From IMG/VR virus record IMGVR_UViG_3300014169_000016, positions 1 to 32,810 of that record: 32,810 nucleotides of DNA; one strand, 5' to 3'. Position numbers and translations under genes: made by a program. Source of the DNA: a virus. Lineage: Duplodnaviria; Caudoviricetes. Below are positions 6,596-16,318 of this stretch, in pieces. How positions within the stretch are numbered: the first letter of the stretch is position 1; each line of letters begins with the position of its first letter. Under the pieces are notes generated by a model. It made no database searches. It was given only the letters and a program-made list of their open reading frames with translations, and was not told where the DNA came from.

Positions 6596-8771
6596 AAGCT
6601 CCGAATCCCAAGAGTCAGAACAGCAGCAAGGCGCTAAGTCCGAAAAGGTCAGGAAATTCCTTGCTTTGGCCCATGCGCGGTTCAAAAGTTCGGCCGATGC
6701 CGAATCGCGTGTCCGTCAAGAAGCCCTTGATGACATGGAGTTCAGCATCGGCAACCAGTGGCCCGACGACATCTACCAGCAGCGCACCACCGAAGGCAAG
6801 CCATGCATCACCATGAACCGGCTGCCGCAGACGATCCGGTATGTCACGAACGAACAGAGACAGCAGCGGCCCGCGGCACAAATCAATCCTGTTGGGAGCG
6901 GCGCATCCGTCGATCGCGCGCAAATCCGCGAGGGCATCATTCGGCACATCGAGGTCAATTCCGAAGCTGACATTGCCGACGACACGGCGTTTGATTCAAT
7001 GGTGCGATGCGGTTTTGGGTATCAGCGAATAGTCACGGACTATGCCGCAGAAGTGGGCGACGAGCAGGAGCTGTTCATTCGTTGGGTGCGGAACAGTTTC
7101 ACTGTTTACGATGACCCAACTGCGCAACTCCCCGACAAGTCAGACCGCAAGTTCTGTTTCTTCATCCAGGACATGCCCGCGGAAGAGTTCAAGCAGGAAT
7201 ATCCAAATGCCGCAATGGCAGGGCTGCGCGACTTTACCAGCCTTGGCGATGCTTCGATGGAATGGGCAAACAGCGAGAAGCAGACAATCCGCATTGCTGA
7301 ATATTTCTTTCTCGAAAAGTCCAAGGATTCCCGCAGACCAAAAGTGAAATGGGCGATGATCTCCGCGCTAGACATTCTGGACGGCAACGATGAAGCGACG
7401 GATGGCCGATACTGGCCGGGAGAAGATGCCAGCAGGTACATCCCACTCGTAAAGGTCGTAGGCGACGATCTGGACGTAAACGGGAAACAGCACCAGGCGG
7501 GCCTCGTGCGGCACCTGAAGTCGCCGATGAAGCAATACAACGCGATGACTAGCGCGATGACGCAAAGCGCAATGCTGGCTCCGGTAGCGCCGTGGATAGC
7601 AGAAACCCGGCAGATTGAAGGCTACGAAGAGGACTGGCGGCTATCAAATCGTCGGGCCACGGCTGTTTTGCGGTATCACGCCGTGAGCGAGCGCGATACT
7701 CCGGTTCCGGCGCCTCAAAGAGTCAGCTCGGAACCTCCCATTCAAGCGTTTGGAGTACTGCTGGCCCGAGCGGAGATGGACTTACAAGCCTGCGCGGGCG
7801 TCTATAACCCCGCTTTGGGGAAAGAATCGTCCTCGGACCAATCTGGCAAGGCGATTAATAGCCTTCAGCAAAGGTCTGACGTAAACACGCTCAATTTCAG
7901 CGACAACCAAGCGCGGTCTATACGTTTCAGGACGCGGATCCTGCTCGATTGCATCCCGAAGGTCTATGACACGCACAGAGTCATGCGGATTATCAACCCT
8001 GACGGCACGGTGCGGCACGTTGTCACGCACAATGGCGCCGATCAGGCAGAATTTGCGAAGGAGTTAGCCCAGCAGCAGGAAATCAAGGAAATTTTTGATT
8101 TGGGTATCGGAACATACGATTGCACGGTGTCCGTTGGGCCTTCCTACCAAACGAAGCGCCAGCAGGCGGCTGATACCCAGCTTCAGCTTTTGAAGCTCTT
8201 GCCTCCGCAAGTCGCACAGATTCTCATGGATTTGGTCATTCGCAACATGGACATCCCGCAAGCCAATGAGATGGCCGACCGGATCAAAAAACAGTTACCG
8301 CCAGAACTTCTGGACGAGGGGCAAAGCGATCCGAAGCAGCAAATCATTCAGCTTCAGGCGCAACTGAAACAGATCGCCTTGCAAAACCAGCAGCTTCAGG
8401 CTGTAAACAGCGACATGCTGGGCGTCATCACAAAGAAGACCATCGAGCAGAAGGGCAAGCTCGATCTCGAACATCTGAAGATTCTGGGGCAAGTTCTCGT
8501 CGCGGAAATCAATACCAAATCTCAGGACCAGCAGCAACGGCTCGAAATGTTCAACGATATGCTGGCCCAGCTTGGCGAGCATGGGCACGAAGCCGCAAGC
8601 GCTGCGCAGGTTCATGCCCAAGAGATGCAGAAGCAGCAGCAGGCTGCCGCGAATCAATCGGCGCTCACGTCCCAACAGGCAGGTCATCAGTCGGCTCAAT
8701 CTTCGCAAGATGCGAGCCAGGCTTTAGTCGCCCAGCAAGCAGCGGCTCCGCAGCCCGGAGCGGGAGCATAA
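6585..8771 (+). CDS. portal protein, P22-like
   Basis: 728 aa; DDMEF..GNQW, PCITMNRL, SGKAI, YDCTVSVGPSYQTKRQ; Gln-rich coiled-coil C-terminus. Confidence 0.92.
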   Translation: MPVKSSESQESEQQQGAKSEKVRKFLALAHARFKSSADAESRVRQEALDDMEFSIGNQWPDDIYQQRTTEGKPCITMNRLPQTIRYVTNEQRQQRPAAQINPVGSGASVDRAQIREGIIRHIEVNSEADIADDTAFDSMVRCGFGYQRIVTDYAAEVGDEQELFIRWVRNSFTVYDDPTAQLPDKSDRKFCFFIQDMPAEEFKQEYPNAAMAGLRDFTSLGDASMEWANSEKQTIRIAEYFFLEKSKDSRRPKVKWAMISALDILDGNDEATDGRYWPGEDASRYIPLVKVVGDDLDVNGKQHQAGLVRHLKSPMKQYNAMTSAMTQSAMLAPVAPWIAETRQIEGYEEDWRLSNRRATAVLRYHAVSERDTPVPAPQRVSSEPPIQAFGVLLARAEMDLQACAGVYNPALGKESSSDQSGKAINSLQQRSDVNTLNFSDNQARSIRFRTRILLDCIPKVYDTHRVMRIINPDGTVRHVVTHNGADQAEFAKELAQQQEIKEIFDLGIGTYDCTVSVGPSYQTKRQQAADTQLQLLKLLPPQVAQILMDLVIRNMDIPQANEMADRIKKQLPPELLDEGQSDPKQQIIQLQAQLKQIALQNQQLQAVNSDMLGVITKKTIEQKGKLDLEHLKILGQVLVAEINTKSQDQQQRLEMFNDMLAQLGEHGHEAASAAQVHAQEMQKQQQAAANQSALTSQQAGHQSAQSSQDASQALVAQQAAAPQPGAGA

Positions 8772-9047
8772 ATGTATTACAAAGAGTTGAACGCAGCCGG
8801 AACCTATCTCATTAAAGGCGCGCAAGGTTATTTGCAGGGAATCACGGTGAATCTTCCCGGAAGCGGCACGCTCCAGATTGCCGACAATAGCGCGGGTTCC
8901 GCAGCAGCACCATTTATCGCGGGCGCAACGGCTTTCGCTATCCCTCCAGCCGGCAGCTACCTCGACTACGATTGTAGTTTTTCAAATGGGCTAACGATTG
9001 TGGTTGGTGGAACAGGCCCGCTATCTATCACTGTGGAGTGGAGCTGA
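8772..9047 (+). CDS. small beta-rich hypothetical (possible virion) protein
   Basis: 91 aa immediately after the portal gene. Confidence 0.75.
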   Translation: MYYKELNAAGTYLIKGAQGYLQGITVNLPGSGTLQIADNSAGSAAAPFIAGATAFAIPPAGSYLDYDCSFSNGLTIVVGGTGPLSITVEWS

Positions 9048-9155
9048 TGCCGCGCCCAGTGGTAATTCGCAGGAAGCAGCGTAGCGGGAAGAACAATTGA
9101 TCTTTGCATCGGTCCAACTAATGGCCGAGATAAATCCAAACGCGGAGGAAATCGC

Positions 9156-10100
9156 GTGGCAATCACGGTAGAGAGCACCACAGCACCACAATACGAACTG
9201 AACCATGCTGTTTCGGAGGATCGCAAAAACCCCGAAGCGCTGGATAAGTTCAAAGAGCAAGAAGAAAAAGCCACTCCCGGCGCGAGAACTGACGCGGAAA
9301 AGACGCCCGTTTCGGGAACGGACGACCACAAGGAACCAGAAGGCAAAAAAGAAGCAGAAGACGATCTTCCAGTTGGTGCGAGAAAGCGCATCGACAAGCT
9401 GACAGCGCGCGCGAAGACTGCCGAAGAAACAGTTGCGGAACTCCGAACGCGCCTCGAAGCCCTCGAAAAAGGCAAAGAGCAGCCAAAGACGGACACAAAG
9501 CAGCCTCAAGCCGCAACGGAACGTCCCAAGCGAGCAGATTTTCTCGCACAGGGCAAATCCGATGAGGAATATGAGGACGCTCTGTTTGCATGGCGAGCCG
9601 TTGAAGACGAACGGAAAGCCCTGACTGCCGAAATCGAGGATCGTACCAAGGAAATCGTTTCGACGCACAACGAACGGATGACCGCGGCCAAGGAAAAGTA
9701 CCATGACTTTGAGGATAAGCTCAAAACCACAACTATTCCCTGGGATGCGAAGAATCCTCAGGATGTGCAGGCGTCGAAAGCGTTCCAGGTTGCGATTCAC
9801 GAGTGCGACAATGGGCCGGATGTGCTCTATGAAATTGCGCAGAAGCCGGAACTCGCGGCGCAATTCGCAGGGCTCTCGCCGGCGCGTACGCAACTCCTGA
9901 TCGGGCGCATTTCCGCTTCTCTTTTGCCTTCTGAAACTCCTGAAAAGAAAGAACCGCCCAAGACGAGGGTAGCAGCACCGCCCAAGCCTGTTGGTGGTTC
10001 GGCAAACACTTCCGCCTATGACCCTTACAAAGAACAGCCCAAGAACCATAAGCAGTACATGGCTTGGCGCAAGACGCAAGGGCAAGGGCGCGCGAACTAA
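9156..10100 (+). CDS. scaffolding protein
   Basis: Charged helical protein between portal and coat; RKRIDKLTAR, GPDVLYEIA, PPKPVGG; GGAGG RBS. Confidence 0.85.
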   Translation: MAITVESTTAPQYELNHAVSEDRKNPEALDKFKEQEEKATPGARTDAEKTPVSGTDDHKEPEGKKEAEDDLPVGARKRIDKLTARAKTAEETVAELRTRLEALEKGKEQPKTDTKQPQAATERPKRADFLAQGKSDEEYEDALFAWRAVEDERKALTAEIEDRTKEIVSTHNERMTAAKEKYHDFEDKLKTTTIPWDAKNPQDVQASKAFQVAIHECDNGPDVLYEIAQKPELAAQFAGLSPARTQLLIGRISASLLPSETPEKKEPPKTRVAAPPKPVGGSANTSAYDPYKEQPKNHKQYMAWRKTQGQGRAN

Positions 10101-10164
10101 GCCATGAAACAATGCTGCAATTATGCATTGAAGTGGCTTCCACTACTAAAGGAGTGGTAGCTAT

Positions 10165-11394
10165 ATAGCGAACCAACTGTTAACGATTAGTATGATAACA
10201 GAGGAAGCGCTTGAAGTGTTGTCGAACGAATGCACTTTCACGCCGCTTGTGAACCGCGAATATGATTCCAAGTTCGCAATCGAGGGCGCGAAAATCGGCA
10301 CCGTTCTCAACATCAGAAAGCCTCCTCGTTACATCGGGCGCGTCGGTCAAGCCTTGCAGCTTGAAGATGCTACCGAAACCAGCGTGCCGTTGACGCTGAA
10401 CACTCAGCGCGGCGTAGATATCGCGTTCACATCGCAGGACATGGCGTTGTCGATCAGCGATTTCTCGCGGCGTTTCCTGCGACCCGGCCTTATCAAGGTT
10501 GCCAACCTCGTAGATTTCGACGGCTTGGGGCAATACCTCAACGTCTTCGATGAGATTGGCACCCCCGGCACCGTTCCCAACTCGGCTCTGACCTACCTTC
10601 AGGTGGGGCAGCGGCTGAACGAGGAAGCGGCGCCATTGGCTGATCGCAACGTCGTTATTTCGCCCGGGATGAACGCCACAATCGTCAATGCCTTGACCGG
10701 CTTTTTCAATCCCCAGCGGACGATTTCCGAGCAATACCGCAAGGGAATGATGAGCCGGGACACCCTTGGTTTCGACTGGTATATGGATCAGAACGTTCGG
10801 ACCCAGACAGTCGGGCTACAGGGCGGCACACCGATCGTCAACGCAGCCAACCAGACCGGAAATATCATCACGTCTTCGGGCTGGACGGCTTCGACGGTTG
10901 TTTTGAACCTTGGCGACGTCATCAGCTTCGGAACCACCTCCAGCGGCGCTCTCGCCGTCAATCCGCAGAACCTGCAATCCACTGGCGCGCTCCGGCAGTT
11001 TGTTGTGACCTCTGCGGTTACTTCGAACGGCTCCGGCGTGGCGTCGATTCCGATTTCAGGACCAGGCGGCTTGGGTGTCGTGACGGCTGGAGCTTTCCAG
11101 ACCGTTACACAGGCTCCGCCAAACAATGCCACTATCAACGTCCAAGGCACAACGGGCCTTACTTCTCCCCGCGGTCTCGGCTTCTGCAAAGACGCTTTTG
11201 CCTTTGCGTGCGCTGACTTGCCGTTGTGGGAAGGGGTTCACAAGGCTTATCGCGCCAAAGACCCGGAAATCGGAATGTCAATTCGCATCATCTGCGCATA
11301 TGACATCAACCTTGACCGCGCCCCTTGGCGGTTGGACCTGCTCTATGGCTGGCAGACTCAGTATCCCGAATTGGCCTGCCGTGTGGCATCGTGA
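10165..11394 (+). CDS. major capsid protein, P22 gp5-like (inferred ATA start at 10165; first ATG at 10192)
   Basis: (I)ANQLLTISMITEEALEVL, NREYDSKF, KIGTVLNIRKP, RLDLLYGW, PELACR. Confidence 0.93.
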   Translation: MANQLLTISMITEEALEVLSNECTFTPLVNREYDSKFAIEGAKIGTVLNIRKPPRYIGRVGQALQLEDATETSVPLTLNTQRGVDIAFTSQDMALSISDFSRRFLRPGLIKVANLVDFDGLGQYLNVFDEIGTPGTVPNSALTYLQVGQRLNEEAAPLADRNVVISPGMNATIVNALTGFFNPQRTISEQYRKGMMSRDTLGFDWYMDQNVRTQTVGLQGGTPIVNAANQTGNIITSSGWTASTVVLNLGDVISFGTTSSGALAVNPQNLQSTGALRQFVVTSAVTSNGSGVASIPISGPGGLGVVTAGAFQTVTQAPPNNATINVQGTTGLTSPRGLGFCKDAFAFACADLPLWEGVHKAYRAKDPEIGMSIRIICAYDINLDRAPWRLDLLYGWQTQYPELACRVAS

Positions 11395-11411
11395 TGGAGA
11401 AAACAACGAAC

Positions 11412-12254
11412 ATGAACATCAAAAAAATGCTGTTCTCTCTTCTCGCAGCGCTGATTTGCGTGGGATCCATTTCCGCGCAGACCTCGCTGACCCAGACAAC
11501 CCTTGCGGCGGCTATTCAGTGCGGCCCCTCTTGCGCCAATTCCGGCGTAGGTTCGGGCACCAGCTACCAAACCACCGTTAACCTCACCTCCGCAACCGGC
11601 GTCAGCGTGGCCGTCAATGGCCAGCCTGTAACGTTCATCTACGTAGACCAGGAATTGATGGGCGTGATGACGCTTTTGACCGGACAGACCACCGTCTACA
11701 GCGTGCTGCGCGCTCAGCAAGGGACGAAGCTTTCGGCTCACGTCTCCGGCGCAATGGTGCTTATTGAGACCGTAAGCCCGCAGTTTGGCGGCTACCAAGG
11801 TTCAGGCGGCTTCCAGCAGACTGACCCTCCGAACGGTGGAGCTTGCACCGCAACAAACACCAACGCTACCCCGTGGATCAACATCATCACAGGCTATCAG
11901 TGGTTGTGCTCGTCCATCACCGGCACATGGGTTTCTGGTTTCAACAATCCATTCGCCGGCGACTTCTCGGGCCAGACTGCAACCGTAGCGGCTGCAACCG
12001 GGGCCGTTCTGCCTACCGGAGCGCTATTTGTCATCAGCGGCGCGGGAGCAATCAGCGGCTTCACCATTCCTGTTGGCTGCAACGCAACGGCTGTAGGGGC
12101 TTGCTCCTTCACCGTAATCGCAGCGGCTGGCTCGACGTGGACATGGACCGCTGCGGGCAACATTATGACCGCCGGAACTGGTACGGCTGGGCACACTTTC
12201 GTGTTCACTTGGTCGGCCAGCTTGCAGAAGTTCGTTCCGTCGTCCCTGTCGTAA
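11412..12254 (+). CDS. putative head decoration/virion protein with signal peptide
   Basis: Directly after coat; MNIKKMLFSLLAALICVGSISA|Q; Thr/Gly/Ala-rich beta protein; alternative ATG at 11394. Confidence 0.75.
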   Translation: MNIKKMLFSLLAALICVGSISAQTSLTQTTLAAAIQCGPSCANSGVGSGTSYQTTVNLTSATGVSVAVNGQPVTFIYVDQELMGVMTLLTGQTTVYSVLRAQQGTKLSAHVSGAMVLIETVSPQFGGYQGSGGFQQTDPPNGGACTATNTNATPWINIITGYQWLCSSITGTWVSGFNNPFAGDFSGQTATVAAATGAVLPTGALFVISGAGAISGFTIPVGCNATAVGACSFTVIAAAGSTWTWTAAGNIMTAGTGTAGHTFVFTWSASLQKFVPSSLS

Positions 12255-12269
12255 AACAATTCAACCCTG

Positions 12270-12293
12270 GGGCCTCGCTCGTTCAGGGGGCCC
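12270..12293 (+). terminator. GC-rich hairpin after the coat/decoration genes
   Basis: GGGCCTC...GGGGCCC stem; no clear U tract. Confidence 0.35.
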
Positions 12294-12312
12294 ACACACA
12301 TAGGAGCTGCGA

Positions 12313-12459
12313 ATGAGTTCGTCAGGAGAAGTACCCGGCGCCAACGTTCCGCACGATTACGTGCCCGGCAAGGGCTACGTGCCTCGCACGCCCAGCGAAG
12401 AGTTGCAAGCGGAACTTGAACCGCTGCCGGTCGTTGAAGATGAAAAGGAAGGTGAGTAA
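12313..12459 (+). CDS. small acidic hypothetical protein (48 aa)
   Basis: AGGAG RBS; MSSSGEVPGANVPHDYVPGKGYVPRTPSEELQ...; stop abuts the next ATG. Confidence 0.7.
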   Translation: MSSSGEVPGANVPHDYVPGKGYVPRTPSEELQAELEPLPVVEDEKEGE

Positions 12460-12927
12460 ATGGCTCAAGAATTGATCCCACGTCTCGGTCATAAGGACGT
12501 GTTTACCTATGACGTTATCCCTGAAGAGGATGACGTAAACAAGATCCCCATTCCCAAACAGGCGCGCAACGCGATGGGGCCCCATATCTACAACAAAGAG
12601 CGCAATGATCGCGGCCTCGTGATCGGCTATCAAAAGCTCAACGTGACGGCATCGGACCTCGAAGCGCCGCCAAAAGAAAACACTTTTCCCCCATTTCGAA
12701 CGGTTTACCCCAAGGTTCTGCGTCGCGAAGCCACGAAAGCGGAAATCAAACAGCGCGAAGCTGATTTGACGCTCGAAATGTGGCTCGACCGGGACTTCGA
12801 CCTCATCAAGGAAACGGGGCTTAACCAGCGCAAACGCGCATCCGACTGGCGGAAGTGGATAGATAGGCCCGTCGAAACTACGGTGAAAAGCCGCGAGGAA
12901 GAAGAAGAGATTCTTACGGCTTCCTAA
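12460..12927 (+). CDS. hypothetical protein
   Basis: 155 aa; TAATG coupling to the next gene. Confidence 0.75.
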   Translation: MAQELIPRLGHKDVFTYDVIPEEDDVNKIPIPKQARNAMGPHIYNKERNDRGLVIGYQKLNVTASDLEAPPKENTFPPFRTVYPKVLRREATKAEIKQREADLTLEMWLDRDFDLIKETGLNQRKRASDWRKWIDRPVETTVKSREEEEEILTAS

Positions 12928-13754
12928 TGCCCGGTCCCGTTCTACCGCCAACAAACGCAACGACAACGTTTCCCGGCCTCTTCCCGACCGTCACCGATTT
13001 ACTGAAACGGTCATTGAGGATTATTGGGGTGCTGTCGGGAGGAAGTCAGGGGTCTGAACTATCCGCCGATGACTTCCTCGATGCGATGTTTTCCGGGAAT
13101 CAGTTGCTTGATTCGTGGAACACAGAGCGGCTGATGGTGTGGGGCATTCTGCGGAATGTTTACACGCTGCAATCTGGAGTGCAGACGTACCAACTGGGGC
13201 CGCAGCAGACCGGCACCGCAGCAACGACACTCGACCAGAACCGCTATTCGAAGATCGAACGCTACAGCATCATCAGCTTGACGAACGCCGCACAGCCCCT
13301 GGAATTGCCCATCGAATCCTTGACATACATTGGCTGGCAGGCCATCCCGGTAAAGAACATCCAATCGGCACTTTCGACCAAGGTTTATGACGATCGCGCA
13401 TTCCCGCAGCGGAACCTGAATTTCTATCCTGTGCCAAACACCAACATTCAAGCGGTTGTCTATCCTTGGACTCAGGTGACGCAATTTACAGGATTGACCC
13501 AGCAGCTCGCGTTTCCGCCCGGCTACCTCCGCGCTTTAGCCTACAACATTGCGATGGAGTTGTTCCCTGAATGGCAAGGGAATCCCGCATTGCTGCCGGT
13601 GGTGCAGAAAATCGCTGTCGAGTCGAAAGCGGCTATCAAGTCGCTGAACGTTGTATCGCTCGAAATGGCCTGCGATTCGATGGTTGTCGGTGGTGTGAAG
13701 GGGATGATTTACAACTGGCTGACTGATGAACCGATTAGTAAAGGGTACGTTTAA
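12927..13754 (+). CDS. head-tail adaptor, P22 gp4-like
   Basis: DLLKRSLRIIGV...N.LLDSWN, FYPVP, FPPGYLRALAYNIAMEL; position in the module. Confidence 0.75.
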   Translation: MPGPVLPPTNATTTFPGLFPTVTDLLKRSLRIIGVLSGGSQGSELSADDFLDAMFSGNQLLDSWNTERLMVWGILRNVYTLQSGVQTYQLGPQQTGTAATTLDQNRYSKIERYSIISLTNAAQPLELPIESLTYIGWQAIPVKNIQSALSTKVYDDRAFPQRNLNFYPVPNTNIQAVVYPWTQVTQFTGLTQQLAFPPGYLRALAYNIAMELFPEWQGNPALLPVVQKIAVESKAAIKSLNVVSLEMACDSMVVGGVKGMIYNWLTDEPISKGYV

Positions 13755-13781
13755 GTAACTAGATAGCACGGAGGTGCTTCG

Positions 13782-15347
13782 ATTGCAAGGTTTGGCTTCG
13801 TAGGACCATCCTACACGCTCGCGAACGTTACAAGTGATTGTCAGAGATGCTTGAATTTCTACCCCGAAGCCGACGAATCTGGCATGGGTAAGTCGGCAAT
13901 GGTTCTGAATCCCCGCCCTGGTCTCTCTCTGTTCGCACAAGTCGGCGGAGCAGCGCAAGTTCGCGGCGAGTGGAGCATCAATGCGCGCATGTTCACCGTG
14001 ATTGATGCGACTCTCTATGAGGTTCTTTCAAGCGGCGCGCTAAATGCGATCGGAAGCGTCGGAAACGACGGGAATCTTGTATCAATGGTCGCGAGTCCGC
14101 AACAGCTACTCGTAGCCAGCGTCGGGAATGTGTGGCTGTATCAACTCCAAACGGAAAGCGGCTACGCAAATGCAACCATCGCCCCGACTGGAACGTTGAC
14201 CGCGGGGCAGTTTATCCAAATCCCCGCTTCCACGTTTCCCGGCCCGGTTACGCAAGTTGGATTGTGCGACAGCTTTTTCATCGCGCTCATTGCCTCGACG
14301 GAGCAATTCTTTGTCACGACACAACTAGACGCTACTGATTGGACCGACGAAGGCTCGAAAATCATTTCCACATTCCCTGACAACGTGGTTTCTATGGTTA
14401 TCGACCACCGGGAAATCTGGCTGCTTGGCGCGAAGTCTTCGGAGCCGCAGTATGACTCTGGAAATATCTTCCCATTCGACTCCGTGCCTGGTGGATTTAT
14501 TGAGCAAGGCTGCGCAGCGCAATTTGCCACGGTCCAGCTCGACAACTCGATTTTCTGGATTGGCGCACGGAATGACCAAGGCGGTTTGGTTGGCTGGCGC
14601 GCGAACGGCTATACTCCGCAGCGCATTTCGAATCACGCGGTAGAGAATTCCTGGAACAGTTACCCGACTTGCGCGGACGCGCGGGCATTCTCTTATTCGC
14701 TGGGCGGACATTCCTTCTGGCACATTAACTTCCCCTCGGCACAAGCGACTTGGGTCTATGACGTGGCAACGGGCCTCTGGCACGAACAGAGTTTCTACAA
14801 CACGAACACCGGAACTCACCAAGCAGCGCTCCCGCAATGTCACACCTACCAGTTTGGGAAGCATCTCGTCGGCGACCGGCAAAGCGGGATGATTTACCAG
14901 ATGCAGCTCCCGGTCGTGCAAGGCAATGGCTGGAATTTCGTTACCGACAATGGCGCACTCATCCATCGCATCCGCAAAGCTCCGCACATTTCGACTGAGC
15001 AAGAGTGGATTTATCACAACATGATTCAGATTGACCTCGAAGTAGGAGTCGGGCCGCAACCCCCGCTATATAACGGCGACGGATCGGCGCGAGGGCCGAA
15101 ACTCACGCTCAGTTGGTCTGACGATGGCGGCAAGAATTTCCCACTGGCCTTCGATCTCGATTGCGGACAAGCAGGGAATTACAAGCGGCGCGTGATGAAG
15201 TGGCGGTTGGGGCGTTCACGTGATCGCGTTTATCAGATTCAGTGCAGCGACCCTGTGCCCTGGAGAGTCACTGATGCCTATTTGCAGGCCAGTGGGATGC
15301 AGCGACCGCAAAAGCGCCTAGCGAAGCAATACTCGGAAGTGGCCTGA
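13782..15347 (+). CDS. tail hub / packaged-DNA stabilization protein, P22 gp10-like (inferred ATT start)
   Basis: (I)ARFGFVGPSY...NFYPE, TWVYDVATGLWHE, LSWSDDGG, WRLGRSRDRVY; GGAGGT 6 nt before ATT 13782. Confidence 0.88.
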   Translation: MARFGFVGPSYTLANVTSDCQRCLNFYPEADESGMGKSAMVLNPRPGLSLFAQVGGAAQVRGEWSINARMFTVIDATLYEVLSSGALNAIGSVGNDGNLVSMVASPQQLLVASVGNVWLYQLQTESGYANATIAPTGTLTAGQFIQIPASTFPGPVTQVGLCDSFFIALIASTEQFFVTTQLDATDWTDEGSKIISTFPDNVVSMVIDHREIWLLGAKSSEPQYDSGNIFPFDSVPGGFIEQGCAAQFATVQLDNSIFWIGARNDQGGLVGWRANGYTPQRISNHAVENSWNSYPTCADARAFSYSLGGHSFWHINFPSAQATWVYDVATGLWHEQSFYNTNTGTHQAALPQCHTYQFGKHLVGDRQSGMIYQMQLPVVQGNGWNFVTDNGALIHRIRKAPHISTEQEWIYHNMIQIDLEVGVGPQPPLYNGDGSARGPKLTLSWSDDGGKNFPLAFDLDCGQAGNYKRRVMKWRLGRSRDRVYQIQCSDPVPWRVTDAYLQASGMQRPQKRLAKQYSEVA

Positions 15348-15661
15348 TGGCGAACACCGATCTCAACTTCGCCCCTCCGCCTGTTAGAACACCTTTTTTC
15401 GATGCAGGTCCAGCGCAATCCGAGAGCGGCACACGTTTCGAGGATCGCGGCAAGCCGAAACCGCTTCCCAGGCAGCCTCACCGTGGCTGGATGCAATGGT
15501 TTCAAAGCGTCACCAACAAATTAACCGCTCCAATCGCAGTGGGAACACCGACAGCGAAGACGCCGGGCCAAATAGGCCAGCAAATGCATGATGCCAATTT
15601 CCTCTACACCTTCACGGTAGCGAATACATGGATGAAAACGCCATTTCAACCGCTCTCTTAG
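15347..15661 (+). CDS. hypothetical virion protein
   Basis: TGATG coupling; PPPVRTP...WMQWFQ motif typical of the gene following gp10-like genes. Confidence 0.7.
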   Translation: MANTDLNFAPPPVRTPFFDAGPAQSESGTRFEDRGKPKPLPRQPHRGWMQWFQSVTNKLTAPIAVGTPTAKTPGQIGQQMHDANFLYTFTVANTWMKTPFQPLS

Positions 15662-15858
15662 AGTTCTGCGATTTCGTCAGCGGGCATGTTGAGAAAGAAT
15701 TGGTTTTGCCCGAGACACTGATTAATGATCTCGATGTGGACTCGCTCGAATTTATCGAACTAGTGCAGGCCATCAGCGCGAAATACGGGCCAGTGCCCGA
15801 CGACAAAATCACGAAAGTATGCACCGTTCGCGACCTTTTCGATGCAATTCCAGCGTGA
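15628..15858 (+). CDS. acyl carrier protein-like
   Basis: 76 aa, acidic; DLDVDSLEFIELV phosphopantetheine-attachment motif; TVRDL C-terminal helix. Confidence 0.85.
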   Translation: MDENAISTALLEFCDFVSGHVEKELVLPETLINDLDVDSLEFIELVQAISAKYGPVPDDKITKVCTVRDLFDAIPA

Positions 15859-16297
15859 AACGCTAGATGACTGGCTGGTTGACTTAGAGCCCTTGATTCT
15901 CCCGCACTGGGAAGAACTGACGCTAGACAAAGATGTTTTCAGCGAACCTTATCCCGATGTTGAAAAGTTCCGCGATGTCCAGAATCAAGGAAAACTCCTT
16001 ATCGTCACCGCGCGCGACAACGGTGATCTTGTCGGCTATTGGGTGGGCGCCGTTCTCGGGCATTTGCATTATCCGAAAGCACCGCCTGTCTGCCTCACAG
16101 ACATGTACTTTTTGCATTCTGCCTACCGCAAAGGTCCGACGGGGATTCAATTGATAGAAGCCGCGATCCAAGAAGCAAAGAAAGCCGGCGCAGCCGATTT
16201 TCACATTTCCTGCAAGGTCCATGAAGATCACACGAAACTTTTTGAAGCCATGAAGTTCAAGAAAACGGATTACGTGTTTCGCAAGAGGCTCATCTAA
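15842..16297 (+). CDS. GNAT-family acyl/acetyltransferase
   Basis: ARDNGDLVGY, DMYFLHSAYRKGPTGIQLI, LFEAMKF. Confidence 0.85.
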   Translation: MQFQRETLDDWLVDLEPLILPHWEELTLDKDVFSEPYPDVEKFRDVQNQGKLLIVTARDNGDLVGYWVGAVLGHLHYPKAPPVCLTDMYFLHSAYRKGPTGIQLIEAAIQEAKKAGAADFHISCKVHEDHTKLFEAMKFKKTDYVFRKRLI

Positions 16298-16318
16298 TGC
16301 GGAAAGTAGGGTATTAAT

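Noticed and set aside
9021-10112. Long minus-strand ORFs (363 aa here and others)
   Set aside because: Antisense shadows of well-supported plus-strand genes, with no recognisable motifs
11325-11411. Upstream extension of the post-capsid ORF, or a coat frameshift fusion
   Set aside because: RBS and signal peptide point to a start at 11394/11412; no slippery site recognised
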